This document shows, in pieces, positions 11,201 through 20,145 of a stretch of 64,000 bases of DNA. Under the pieces are notes generated by a model. That model worked only from the letters and a program-made list of their open reading frames with translations, did no database searches and was not told the origin of the DNA. The stretch is taken from positions 3,696 through 67,695 of the IMG/VR virus record IMGVR_UViG_3300032236_001416; one strand, written 5' to 3'. A program made the translations under genes and the position numbers. The DNA comes from a virus. The first letter of the stretch is position 1, and each line of letters opens with the position of its first letter.

Positions 11201-14200
11201 AAGACCAGCTGCACAACCTATAGCAATGTTATTACAACTAGTTGTTACCCTTCTGAGGGCTTGATAACCTATACCAATGTTATATTTTGCTGGCTGAGTA
11301 ACATTATAAAGTGCTGTAGGACCTATACCAATATTTCTGACACCACCATCACATTGCTTCAATGCAGCTTGACCAATAGCAATATTATTTGCACCTGTTG
11401 TATTGTACTTTAATGCATTTTGACCAAGCACAATGTTATAATTACCAGATGTGTTACAAGCTCCTGCATATCTACCAAGGGCTATGTTATATTTACCGGC
11501 TGTATTAAACGATAATGTTTTAAAACCAACAGCAATGTTGTGGCAACCTGTATTATTTGCTGGAGTTGCTGAACCCTGTAATGCTTGAGCACCAAGAGAA
11601 ATATTATAAGTGCCGCCATTCATACATTGTCCAGAATTTGAACCAATAGCAATGTTCCTACATCCTGTACAATTGAAATAACCTGCCACATTACCTATTG
11701 CAACGTTAACTGAACCGGTTGAATTCCAAAATCCTGCACCTCTACCTATTGCAACGTTGAAACTTCCTAATGTATTGTTACATAATGCTGTGTCACCCAT
11801 AGCAACGTTAGAGGACCCAACAGTCGTTCCATTTCCAGCAGCGTTTCCTACGAACACATTATAATTACCGGTAGTTACTGATTTACCAGTATATTTTCCC
11901 ATAAAAGTATTACCAAGACCACTTGTAATATTATAACCTGAGCATGGACCGATAGCGACATTACAAGAACCATCTGCAACTTTAGCCATAGCATTCTGAC
12001 CAATAGCAATATTTTTTTGACCTGTTGTATTAGTACCTGAAGTAGGACCAAACATTGCTGAAGGTCCTATAGCAACATTATATGTGCTACCGACTTGACA
12101 ACTTCCAGCATTAATACCAATGAATACGTTCCTACAACCAGTTGTCTGATAAGTTCCGACATTATTTCCTATACCAACACTATAACCACCAGTTGTAGTA
12201 CGTTGTAAAGCATATTTACCGATACCTACGTTACCACCAGCAGTTGTAGCACATAGAAGTGCTTGTTTACCGATTGCTACACTATTAATACCTACAGTTA
12301 AAGCTGCAGACGCACCACAACCAATAGCAACATTATAAGAACCAGTCGTTAAAGCAAACCCAGAACCACGTCCAATAGTAACATTGGCTGAACCAGTCAC
12401 AGTTGTGTTACCTGCAGATTTACCAACTGCCACATTATACAATGTAGTTGATGTGCGGCCATAAACTGTACCAAGTGCTGATGGAGTAGCAGCAGAACCA
12501 CCACCAACAGATGCGCCGTTAACTGTTAATACACCAGCACCGGTAACTCTTAAACAATTAGTACCTGCTTGAAGAAAAATTGTGTTGGTCAAACCTGCTG
12601 TACCAGCATATGGTCCAATAATTGTATTACATTGACCTGTTGTGATAGCACATCCAGCATAACGACCTACAGCAGTATTATAAGTACCGCTAACATTATT
12701 ATAAAGTGCTTTAAAACCTAATGCAATATTGTGTTTAGCGAGAGTAGCACTTGATAATGTACTTACACCAATACCAATATTGTAACCTCTTTGCATACCA
12801 CCAGTAGCTGCACCTCGCATTGCATTATAACCAAGTCCTATGTTACCATATCCTGATGTTATATATTTTCCAGCATTATTTCCAACTAAAGTGTTCTTAT
12901 CACATGATGTCAAACAACAACCTGCTGCGAGACCTATTGCAGTATTGAATCGTCCAACAGTTAATTTATATAATGCACCGCCGCCTACTGCAACGTTAGA
13001 AAGACCTGTAGTTGTTGACTTTAATGCATAATGACCTAAAGCAGTATTGTTACTTGTGCCATTACTTTGTAATAATGCACGACAACCAATAGCAATATTT
13101 AAAGTACCAGTATTATTACAATACATGGCCTGTTGACCTATTGCAATATTTTGTGTACCACCTTGCATATTTTTCATTGCTGTGCCACCGATTGCAATGT
13201 TATTACAACCTGTTAACATAGCATATAATGCACTACAACCAATAGCAATGTTTAAACTACCAGTGGTAGTACATTTTAATGCAGTAAAACCTACACCAAT
13301 ATTATATGTTCCAATTGTATTACATCTGAGTACGTTTGTTCCAACGGCAACGTTGTTGCTTCCTGTTGTATTACTTCTTAATGCATAATAACCACCAATA
13401 GCAACGTTACCGTTACCTGAAGTGTTTAAATATAATGACTTACCGCCAATAGCAACATTACAGGCGCCTGTAGTATTTGTAGCTAATGAATTACCACCAA
13501 TTGCGATATTCTGTGTACCGCTACTAGAACACAACGCAAATACACCAATACCAATTTCTCCCGAATGCGTCAGTCCTTTTGCTAATGCACCTGCACCTAT
13601 ACCGATATTCGCATTACCTGTTGTATGTGAACACATAGCCTGTGCACCAATACCAATATTACAACCTGCTATTGTAGCAGTCGCTAGTGCTTGACAACCT
13701 ATACCTACATTTAAATTACCTGTAGTAAGACCAACACCACTATTGTAACCAACAAGAACGTTAAAACTACCTGTTTGTGTTGCATTACCCGCACAACGGC
13801 CAATTTGAGTATTTTGATTTGCGCTAGTTGTACGACCGTATACTGTACCAAGTGCTGTTGGTGTTGCTTGTGATGCACCTGCAATTGTTGTACCATTAAC
13901 AGTTAATGTACCACCTGATACTTTTAGACATTGAGTACCTGCTTTAACAAAAATTGTATTAGTTAAACCTGCTGAACCAGCATAGTCACCGATAATTGTA
14001 TTACTTCCACCAGTTGTAATAGCACAACCAGAACACATACCAATCGCAATATTATATTGACCTGCTCCTGTTGCGTTTGTTAATGAAAATTGACCAATAC
14101 CAATTTGGCGGAATCCTAAATTTTGTTTTAAGGAATATTGACCAAGACCAATATTATAACCACCAACTCTGTTACAATAACCAGATTGTTTACCAATATT

Positions 14201-16126
14201 AATATTATGTAGACCAGTAGTAAGAGCAGGTGATGCATTACAACCAACAGCAAAGTTATTTGCACCTGTTACTGTTGTATTACCTGCAGTTTTTCCTAGG
14301 AAAGCATTAAAATTAGAATCAGTACGTCCGTATACTGTACCAAGTGCTGTTGGTGTTGCTTGTGATGCACCTGCAATTGTTGTACCATTAACACTTAATG
14401 TACCACCAGTAACCTTCAAACATTGACTACCGCCTTGGATGAAAATTGTATTACTTAAACCACTAGTTCCTGAATATGGACCAATAATTGTATTACATAC
14501 ACCAGTTGTAACGGTTAAACCTGCATTACGACCTATAAATGTATTATAATTACCTGTAGTTAGTAGAAGGCCGGCCCTTTGACCCAATGCTGTATTTGAA
14601 CAACCAATAGTGTGTGAACATAATGCAAAATAACCAACAGCAGTATTATATTGTCCTGTTGTATTAGCACACAATGCTGAATATCCTACACCTGTGTTAC
14701 TTCCGCTTAGATCCTTAGCTAATGCGAATGAACCAACAGCAACACCATTTTTACCAGTCGTTATAGCGGCTAATGCGCTACTTCCTATTGCAACGTTACA
14801 TTTACCTGTTGTAATATTAAATAGTGTAGCTCTACCTATACCTATATTGTAGACTCCACCTGCTGAACAATACGATGAAATTGTACCTATACCTATGTTA
14901 TTACATCCTGCACACGCTTTGCCACCTGCACGCCAACCAATAAAAGTATTACAACAACCAGTAGTACCGCTACCTGCACAATAACCTATAGAAATAACTC
15001 CTTGTATTGCCGCACTGCCTGCAAGGGTATATAAACTTTTAGTACCTATACCAATGTTTAAACATCCTGCAATAGAAACACAACCTGAATTTTGACCAAT
15101 AGCAACATTATATCCACCTGTTATACTACTAAAAAGTGCTTGTGAACCTATTGCAATATTATAATTGCCTGTAGTATTTGACTTTAATGCTGCGCATCCA
15201 AATGCAATATTTTTATTTGCTGTTGTGTTTTGTGATAATGCACATGCACCGATAGCAATATTATAACCTCCAACGGTATTAGATTGCAATGTCATAAAAC
15301 CAATACCAACATTGTTGCTTCCCGTTGTATTACCACACAACACATTACAATTACCTATTGCAACGTTATTGCAACCAACAGTATTATTAAATAGTGTTTG
15401 ATATCCAATTCCAATATTATTAAAACCAGTAGTATTGCTTACCAATGAACAAACACCAACTGCAATATTATACTTGCCACTACTTGAACATAGTGCAAAT
15501 GTACCAATACCGATTTCACGTAAATGATTAGTACCTTTGTCTAGTGCACCAAAGCCAATAGCAATACTTCCAAAACCTGTTGTTTGTGATGCTAAAGCTC
15601 GTCCACCAATTGCAATACTACAACCGCCACTTGTAGAACTAGTCAATGCAGCACAACCAATAGCAATATTACATGAACCGGTTGTAAGAGCAACACCTGC
15701 ATTATAACCAACGAGAACGTTAAAACTACCTGTTTGTGTTGCATTACCCGCACAACGTCCAATTTGAGTATTTTGATTAGCACTAGTTGTACGTCCATAT
15801 ACTGAACCAATTGATGTTGGAGTAGCAGCAGTTGCACCACCGATTGTTGTACCATTAATTGTTAAACTACCACCTGCAACTTTTAGACATTGAGTACCTG
15901 CTTGAACAAAGATAGTATTACTTAAACCAGTTGTTCCCGTATATGATCCAATGATTGTATTATTATTACCGGTAGTAATATTGCAACCCGCATTAACTCC
16001 TAATGCGGTATTATTTGTACCGGTTGTGATTGATCCTAACGAACTGTAACCAACAGCCAAATTTTGGCGTGTTGTATTGCCAGATTCATTAGGTATTACT
16101 GTAAAACCAGTGATTTTTATTGCCAT
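8234..16126 (-). CDS. 2630-aa Cys-rich tail fibre/adhesin with about 14-aa NxAIGxxAL beta-solenoid repeats and a C-terminal S74-type intramolecular chaperone
   Basis: Well over 100 YadA-head-like N(I/V)A(I/V)G repeats, six ATPT(A/S)LGTVYGRT-like neck linkers, C-terminal SDCRDK ... LRPVKFTW ... GFIAQE ... KALQEL. Confidence 0.85.
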   Translation of the reverse strand: MAIKITGFTVIPNESGNTTRQNLAVGYSSLGSITTGTNNTALGVNAGCNITTGNNNTIIGSYTGTTGLSNTIFVQAGTQCLKVAGGSLTINGTTIGGATAATPTSIGSVYGRTTSANQNTQIGRCAGNATQTGSFNVLVGYNAGVALTTGSCNIAIGCAALTSSTSGGCSIAIGGRALASQTTGFGSIAIGFGALDKGTNHLREIGIGTFALCSSSGKYNIAVGVCSLVSNTTGFNNIGIGYQTLFNNTVGCNNVAIGNCNVLCGNTTGSNNVGIGFMTLQSNTVGGYNIAIGACALSQNTTANKNIAFGCAALKSNTTGNYNIAIGSQALFSSITGGYNVAIGQNSGCVSIAGCLNIGIGTKSLYTLAGSAAIQGVISIGYCAGSGTTGCCNTFIGWRAGGKACAGCNNIGIGTISSYCSAGGVYNIGIGRATLFNITTGKCNVAIGSSALAAITTGKNGVAVGSFALAKDLSGSNTGVGYSALCANTTGQYNTAVGYFALCSHTIGCSNTALGQRAGLLLTTGNYNTFIGRNAGLTVTTGVCNTIIGPYSGTSGLSNTIFIQGGSQCLKVTGGTLSVNGTTIAGASQATPTALGTVYGRTDSNFNAFLGKTAGNTTVTGANNFAVGCNASPALTTGLHNINIGKQSGYCNRVGGYNIGLGQYSLKQNLGFRQIGIGQFSLTNATGAGQYNIAIGMCSGCAITTGGSNTIIGDYAGSAGLTNTIFVKAGTQCLKVSGGTLTVNGTTIAGASQATPTALGTVYGRTTSANQNTQIGRCAGNATQTGSFNVLVGYNSGVGLTTGNLNVGIGCQALATATIAGCNIGIGAQAMCSHTTGNANIGIGAGALAKGLTHSGEIGIGVFALCSSSGTQNIAIGGNSLATNTTGACNVAIGGKSLYLNTSGNGNVAIGGYYALRSNTTGSNNVAVGTNVLRCNTIGTYNIGVGFTALKCTTTGSLNIAIGCSALYAMLTGCNNIAIGGTAMKNMQGGTQNIAIGQQAMYCNNTGTLNIAIGCRALLQSNGTSNNTALGHYALKSTTTGLSNVAVGGGALYKLTVGRFNTAIGLAAGCCLTSCDKNTLVGNNAGKYITSGYGNIGLGYNAMRGAATGGMQRGYNIGIGVSTLSSATLAKHNIALGFKALYNNVSGTYNTAVGRYAGCAITTGQCNTIIGPYAGTAGLTNTIFLQAGTNCLRVTGAGVLTVNGASVGGGSAATPSALGTVYGRTSTTLYNVAVGKSAGNTTVTGSANVTIGRGSGFALTTGSYNVAIGCGASAALTVGINSVAIGKQALLCATTAGGNVGIGKYALQRTTTGGYSVGIGNNVGTYQTTGCRNVFIGINAGSCQVGSTYNVAIGPSAMFGPTSGTNTTGQKNIAIGQNAMAKVADGSCNVAIGPCSGYNITSGLGNTFMGKYTGKSVTTGNYNVFVGNAAGNGTTVGSSNVAMGDTALCNNTLGSFNVAIGRGAGFWNSTGSVNVAIGNVAGYFNCTGCRNIAIGSNSGQCMNGGTYNISLGAQALQGSATPANNTGCHNIAVGFKTLSFNTAGKYNIALGRYAGACNTSGNYNIVLGQNALKYNTTGANNIAIGQAALKQCDGGVRNIGIGPTALYNVTQPAKYNIGIGYQALRRVTTSCNNIAIGCAAGLAITTGVQNTIIGDYQGTSGISCVIFIKAGTNCLRVCGAGCLTINGSAVGGGGGTAATPTAAGIVYGRTTSALNNTFIGHCAGNATVTSGCNTAIGYKSGLALTTGTNNVAVGNQALTTLTYGINNVAVGFCALSCATTAGGSIGIGKYALQRTTTGGYNIGIGSNAGIYLTTGCRNVFIGGGAGTCMLGGKFNVAIGSSAMFGPASGTNATGTYNTAIGLAALRNISTGSHNVGFGRCAGYGITVGVNNFAAGDCALKTATSGQDNIAIGLGAACSLTFGQSNVALGRCALLKNTTGNNNLAIGPQALYCNTVGGQNIAIGSTALLFNTNGYQNIAMGLAAMCLNVSGGCNIAMGYGALRVVCGSGNIAIGACAGCLVTGSNNTIIGSYAGTAGLTNTIFLQAGTNCLKVTGAGVLTVNGTAVGGGGGGTAATPTALGTVYGRTTTTNYNTAVGKKAFNATSTGTCGVAIGGYALQAQTTGCGNTAVGVRSLFSQTTANYNTALGFRALCKVILGGNTVVGAGAATRLTTGAFNVAIGCGAMYYGTTGCRNTVVGSMAGCCLTTGYRNTFMGFYAAKYATTGFNNIAIGYRSLRGQNSGNGNFGGFNNTALGSATMQLAKSANDNIAIGYGAGYNICNGCTNIMIGKYAAKCIVNSKYNIAIGYKAGFGNATGGMAGNDNIIFGRCAMNTLTTGCNNIAIGKYAGAYATKNYRNIFIGPNAGRCICTGCNNIMMGYNAGQGGGSGAGGTAGASYKNVIIGHGAATSPTMYSGNNVLIGYAAAQAQTTGNKNTAIGMRAMCANTTGRSGVAVGYKALACANVFQNTAIGYAAGYTLTTGCNNSFLGYKAVPSTITSCNSVTLGNNQITVIRGQVTTITALSDCRDKTNIQGIPVGLEFIKDLRPVKFTWNMRDGGKIGQQELGFIAQELDAVSEKYNIGFADIVLKDNPDRLEAAPGKILPIIVKALQELEEKFTDLATRVGIIEGKIA

Positions 16127-16164
16127 CTTCGTATCCTTATACTGGGCTTATTCTTCTTATACTT

Positions 16165-19100
16165 CTATTTATCTTCCAGTTTTCTCAGTCTTTTTTCCTG
16201 GTCTTTAACTGTTTCAATTAAAAATGCTATAATTGGTAAATATGAAACGTTTTTGAATCCATTTTCATTGGTGTTGACCAATTCAGGTAGAATTTTTTCT
16301 ATTTCCTGAGCAATCATACCGTATGATTTATTATTTGTCTCTTTCCATTTGAAGGAAACACCACGTAATTGATTCAATATATCAATTGGTTTGTCTATTG
16401 TTTGTATTTCATCTTTCAATCTTTCATCGGATGAAGTATTCAAATCAACAGTTGTTAATAAACCAGTACTTGGATTGAATGTTAGTTTTGTACTAGATGT
16501 ATTTAATGTGGCTAATGATCCACTTGTTGATGTACCAATATATATGTATCTTGTTGCATTTGTTGTTGTGTCATCTGTAATTGTTACTGTGGCAGAATTT
16601 GCTTTTGTAAAAGCGGCATTGGCATATAGTGAAGCACCTGCTGCGTTACTTACAGCAGTATTTGCCTGTGTATACGCAGAATTGGCATATGAACCTGCTG
16701 TAACTGCCTTACCATCGGCCGTATTGGCTGCTGTGAAGGCTGAATTGGCATATGTACCTGTTGTATTTTGTGATTGATATGCTGCGTTTGCTTGTAAGAA
16801 GGCACCATTAGCATATAATGAAGCACCTGCTGCGTTAGTAGTTGCTGTATTGGCCTGTGTATATGCTGAATTAGCGTATGAACCTGCTGTTACTGCCTTA
16901 GAATCTGCTGTTGCCGCATTTGTAGTAGCAGTATTTGCTTGAGTGTATGCTGAGTTAGCATAAGAACCTGCTGTAACTGCTTTACCATCGGCTGTATTGG
17001 CTGCTGTGAAGGCAGAATTGGCATACGAACCAGCAGAATTTGCTTGACCATAAGAAGCATTTGCTTGTAGGAAGGCACCGTTAGCATATAATGCAGCGGA
17101 GTTTGCTTGGCCATAAGCATTGGTTGTATACAGGAATAAATCTACACCGTTACTAGTGATGGAATAACCTGCTACGTTAGCAATCAATGTACCAACGTTT
17201 GCTGCTGTCGCTGAACCACCACCTAATGTATTACCTGTTGGGTCTTGTGTTAGACCTTTGAACAATAAGAAGTTATTTGTACCTGCTTGTCTTGCTAGAC
17301 CTTGATATGTTATTGTACCACTAGTATTGGCGACACCATAAAAACCAATATCAAGAGAATCACCTACAGTATTGTTGGTTGCTAATTTAATGAGTGAATC
17401 AGTAGTTGCAACTGTTGTTGTGTTAACAGTAGTTGTGGTACCATTAATAATCAAGTCACCATTAACAGTCAGACTACCTGATAGTGTACCACCTGTTTTT
17501 GGTAATGCGTTGTTAGCAACACTAAATGCTGCATTAGCTTGTAGGAAGGCACCGTTAGCATATAACGAAGCGCCTGCTGCATTACTTACGGCAGTATTAG
17601 CGTTGTTGTAAGCAGAATTAGCATAGTTAAATGCTGAGTTGGCATAACCAGCAGCAGAATTTGCTTGACCATAAGAAGCATTTGCTTGTAGGAAGGCACC
17701 GTTAGCATATAAAGCTGACGAATTGGCAGTACCAAAAGCAGCGTTTGCTTGTATGAAAGCCGCAGTTGCTGTTGCACCAGAAGTTGATGAATTAACAGCT
17801 GCATATGCAGCGTTTGCTTGTAAGAAAGCGGAGTTGGCATAACTTCCAGCACTAACGGCTTTACTATCTGCTGTTGCTGCATTAGTAGTTGCTGTATTTG
17901 CTTGAGTGTATGCTGAATTAGCATATGAACCTGCTGTTACTGCTTTACCATCGGCTGTATTAGCTGCAGTGAATGCCGAGTTAGCATAACTTGCTGCAGA
18001 ATTTGCCTGACCAAACGAAGCATTTGATTGTAAGAAGGCGGCATTAGCATACAAAGCTGCTGAATTAGCAGTATCAAATGCTGAATTGGCATAAGAACCA
18101 GCACTAACGGCTTTACTATCGGCTGTATTAGCTGCAGTGAATGCCGAGTTAGCATAGGAACCAGCAGAGTTAGCGGCACCAAATGCTGAGTTGGCGTATA
18201 AACCAGCACTAGTTGCTTTAGAATCAGCCGTATTGGCTGCTGTGAATGCCGAGTTAGCATAACTTGCTGCAGAATTTGCGGTACCAAATCCAGTATTTGC
18301 TTGTAAGAAAGCAGAATTAGCATAACTTCCAGCACTAGTTGCTTTAGAATCAGCCGTATTGGCTGCTGTGAATGCCGAGTTAGCGTATAAACCAGCACTA
18401 GTTGCTTTAGAATCGGCTGTATTTGCTTGAGTGTATGCTGAATTAGCATATGAACCTGCCGTTACTGCCTTGCCGTCAGCAGTATTGGCTGCTGTGAAGG
18501 CCGAATTAGCATATGAACCAGCACTAACGGCTTTACTATCGGCCGTATTGGCTGCTGTGAAGGCTGAGTTAGCGTATGATGCTGATGAATTGGCTGTACC
18601 AAATCCAGTATTTGCCTGTAAGAAGGCAGCATTAGCATATGAACCAGCACTAGTTGCTTTAGAATCAGCCGTATTGGCTGCTAAGAAGGCAGAGTTGGCA
18701 TATGAACCGGCCGAGTTAGCACCATCATAAGCGTATATTAAATTGTTTGACCAAGATGTATCATAGTTTGTTGAACTATTTTTAATTAATATTTGACCAG
18801 TCGTACCGCCTGTTGCAACACCTTGACCTGTAGCACCTGTGGCACCTGTGGCACCTCTTGGACCTTGAGCACCTTGAGAAGATAATTGTAAAGCAAGATA
18901 GTCTAAATGTGTAACATGAGCAGGATTACCTGTGTTACTGTGATACAAACGAATCTGAACGGTACCAGCAGAAATATAAGGAGTATATTCCAATATCTCT
19001 AATGCATACTGTGAATAACCAGAAGCACCAGAATATGAACCAAGATTATCCCAAGCTGAAGTTGTATTATTATAAATCTGGAAATAAATTATATGACCAG

Positions 19101-20145
19101 AAGATGCGGTGTAATCAATGTTTGTAACAAGTCTATTGAAACCAGTAGTTACACCGGTGAATGTTGTTGTTATAATCCAAGCAGGACCAGTATTACTTCC
19201 GTCCGTAATGGCATAATAATTACCATCATTTAAAACTTGTACATCGGTTACAGAACCAGAAACGTACACACCATTTGTTAATGTAAGTGAACTAGGTACA
19301 TATGTGGTTGTACTTGTTGTTGGTAAATCTATGAAACTTAAATTACCATTATTGTCAGTTGTCAGGATTTGACCTGTATTACCACCATAGATATGCACAT
19401 GTGATACGTTGCCCAATGCAACATTTGCACCAGTTACAACTAGATTACCAGTAATGTTTATGTCACCAGTAATTGTACCACCAGTATTTGCATTTACCGA
19501 ATTGTTGGCTCTTGTGTAAGCGTTTGTTGTGTATGAAAATAAATCATAACCATTTACAGTAACAGTATTTGCAATTAGATTACCTGTGATATTACGTGCT
19601 CTTACATTGGCATATTTGAATGATGGGTCTGTAATAATGATATCATTGTTTGGTGATACTTCTGGAGTATAACCTTCAAAGAACATCCATTGTTTCTCTG
19701 ATGCATCACGAATAAGACCTGTATGAGCATTTGTACCATTGTTATAGTGTGAAGCAAAGCCAATATCTAATACATCAGATGTATAGTTACCTAAACCTAA
19801 TACCAATAACGTATCATTGACTGTGAATGATGATGTATTGATTGATGTAGTTGAACCAAGAACTGTTAAGTTACCTGTAACAGAAAGGTTCTGTGTTATG
19901 TCAACTGAACCGTTGATTGTACCACCAGATGAACTGAATTTGGTATTTGAATTATTAAAGGCACCTTGTGCCAATACTGTTGCTGTATTGGCTTGAACGT
20001 TTGCTAAGTTGGCTTTATTCCATGCTGTCTGTGCAACATCAAGGTTCGTAACGAGAATCCACCCCGTACCATTGTACTTCCAGGTTTTATTACCGAAAGT
20101 GTATAACTGGTTGACCGAAGGGGATGAAGGAAAACTGAATGACAT
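16165..20145 (-). CDS. 1326-aa tail fibre with Ala/Asn heptad-repeat stalks, a short collagen segment and an S74 chaperone
   Basis: N-term FSFPSSP...YTFGNKTWKYNGTGW, YANSAFxxAN repeats, GAQGPRGATGATGATGQG, C-term SDERLK ... GMIAQEIEKILPELV. Confidence 0.85.
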   Translation of the reverse strand: MSFSFPSSPSVNQLYTFGNKTWKYNGTGWILVTNLDVAQTAWNKANLANVQANTATVLAQGAFNNSNTKFSSSGGTINGSVDITQNLSVTGNLTVLGSTTSINTSSFTVNDTLLVLGLGNYTSDVLDIGFASHYNNGTNAHTGLIRDASEKQWMFFEGYTPEVSPNNDIIITDPSFKYANVRARNITGNLIANTVTVNGYDLFSYTTNAYTRANNSVNANTGGTITGDINITGNLVVTGANVALGNVSHVHIYGGNTGQILTTDNNGNLSFIDLPTTSTTTYVPSSLTLTNGVYVSGSVTDVQVLNDGNYYAITDGSNTGPAWIITTTFTGVTTGFNRLVTNIDYTASSGHIIYFQIYNNTTSAWDNLGSYSGASGYSQYALEILEYTPYISAGTVQIRLYHSNTGNPAHVTHLDYLALQLSSQGAQGPRGATGATGATGQGVATGGTTGQILIKNSSTNYDTSWSNNLIYAYDGANSAGSYANSAFLAANTADSKATSAGSYANAAFLQANTGFGTANSSASYANSAFTAANTADSKAVSAGSYANSAFTAANTADGKAVTAGSYANSAYTQANTADSKATSAGLYANSAFTAANTADSKATSAGSYANSAFLQANTGFGTANSAASYANSAFTAANTADSKATSAGLYANSAFGAANSAGSYANSAFTAANTADSKAVSAGSYANSAFDTANSAALYANAAFLQSNASFGQANSAASYANSAFTAANTADGKAVTAGSYANSAYTQANTATTNAATADSKAVSAGSYANSAFLQANAAYAAVNSSTSGATATAAFIQANAAFGTANSSALYANGAFLQANASYGQANSAAGYANSAFNYANSAYNNANTAVSNAAGASLYANGAFLQANAAFSVANNALPKTGGTLSGSLTVNGDLIINGTTTTVNTTTVATTDSLIKLATNNTVGDSLDIGFYGVANTSGTITYQGLARQAGTNNFLLFKGLTQDPTGNTLGGGSATAANVGTLIANVAGYSITSNGVDLFLYTTNAYGQANSAALYANGAFLQANASYGQANSAGSYANSAFTAANTADGKAVTAGSYANSAYTQANTATTNAATADSKAVTAGSYANSAYTQANTATTNAAGASLYANGAFLQANAAYQSQNTTGTYANSAFTAANTADGKAVTAGSYANSAYTQANTAVSNAAGASLYANAAFTKANSATVTITDDTTTNATRYIYIGTSTSGSLATLNTSSTKLTFNPSTGLLTTVDLNTSSDERLKDEIQTIDKPIDILNQLRGVSFKWKETNNKSYGMIAQEIEKILPELVNTNENGFKNVSYLPIIAFLIETVKDQEKRLRKLEDK
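16166..16173 (-). promoter_or_regulatory. T4-like late promoter GATAAATA for the 2630-aa fibre
   Basis: Overlaps the upstream stop codon; followed by a leader with SD AAGGA. Confidence 0.55.

Noticed and set aside
13746-15804. Near-identical pair of about 100 nt as a possible DGR template/variable repeat
   Set aside because: Differences are synonymous and not adenine-specific, both copies are internal coding sequence, and no reverse transcriptase is in the window.
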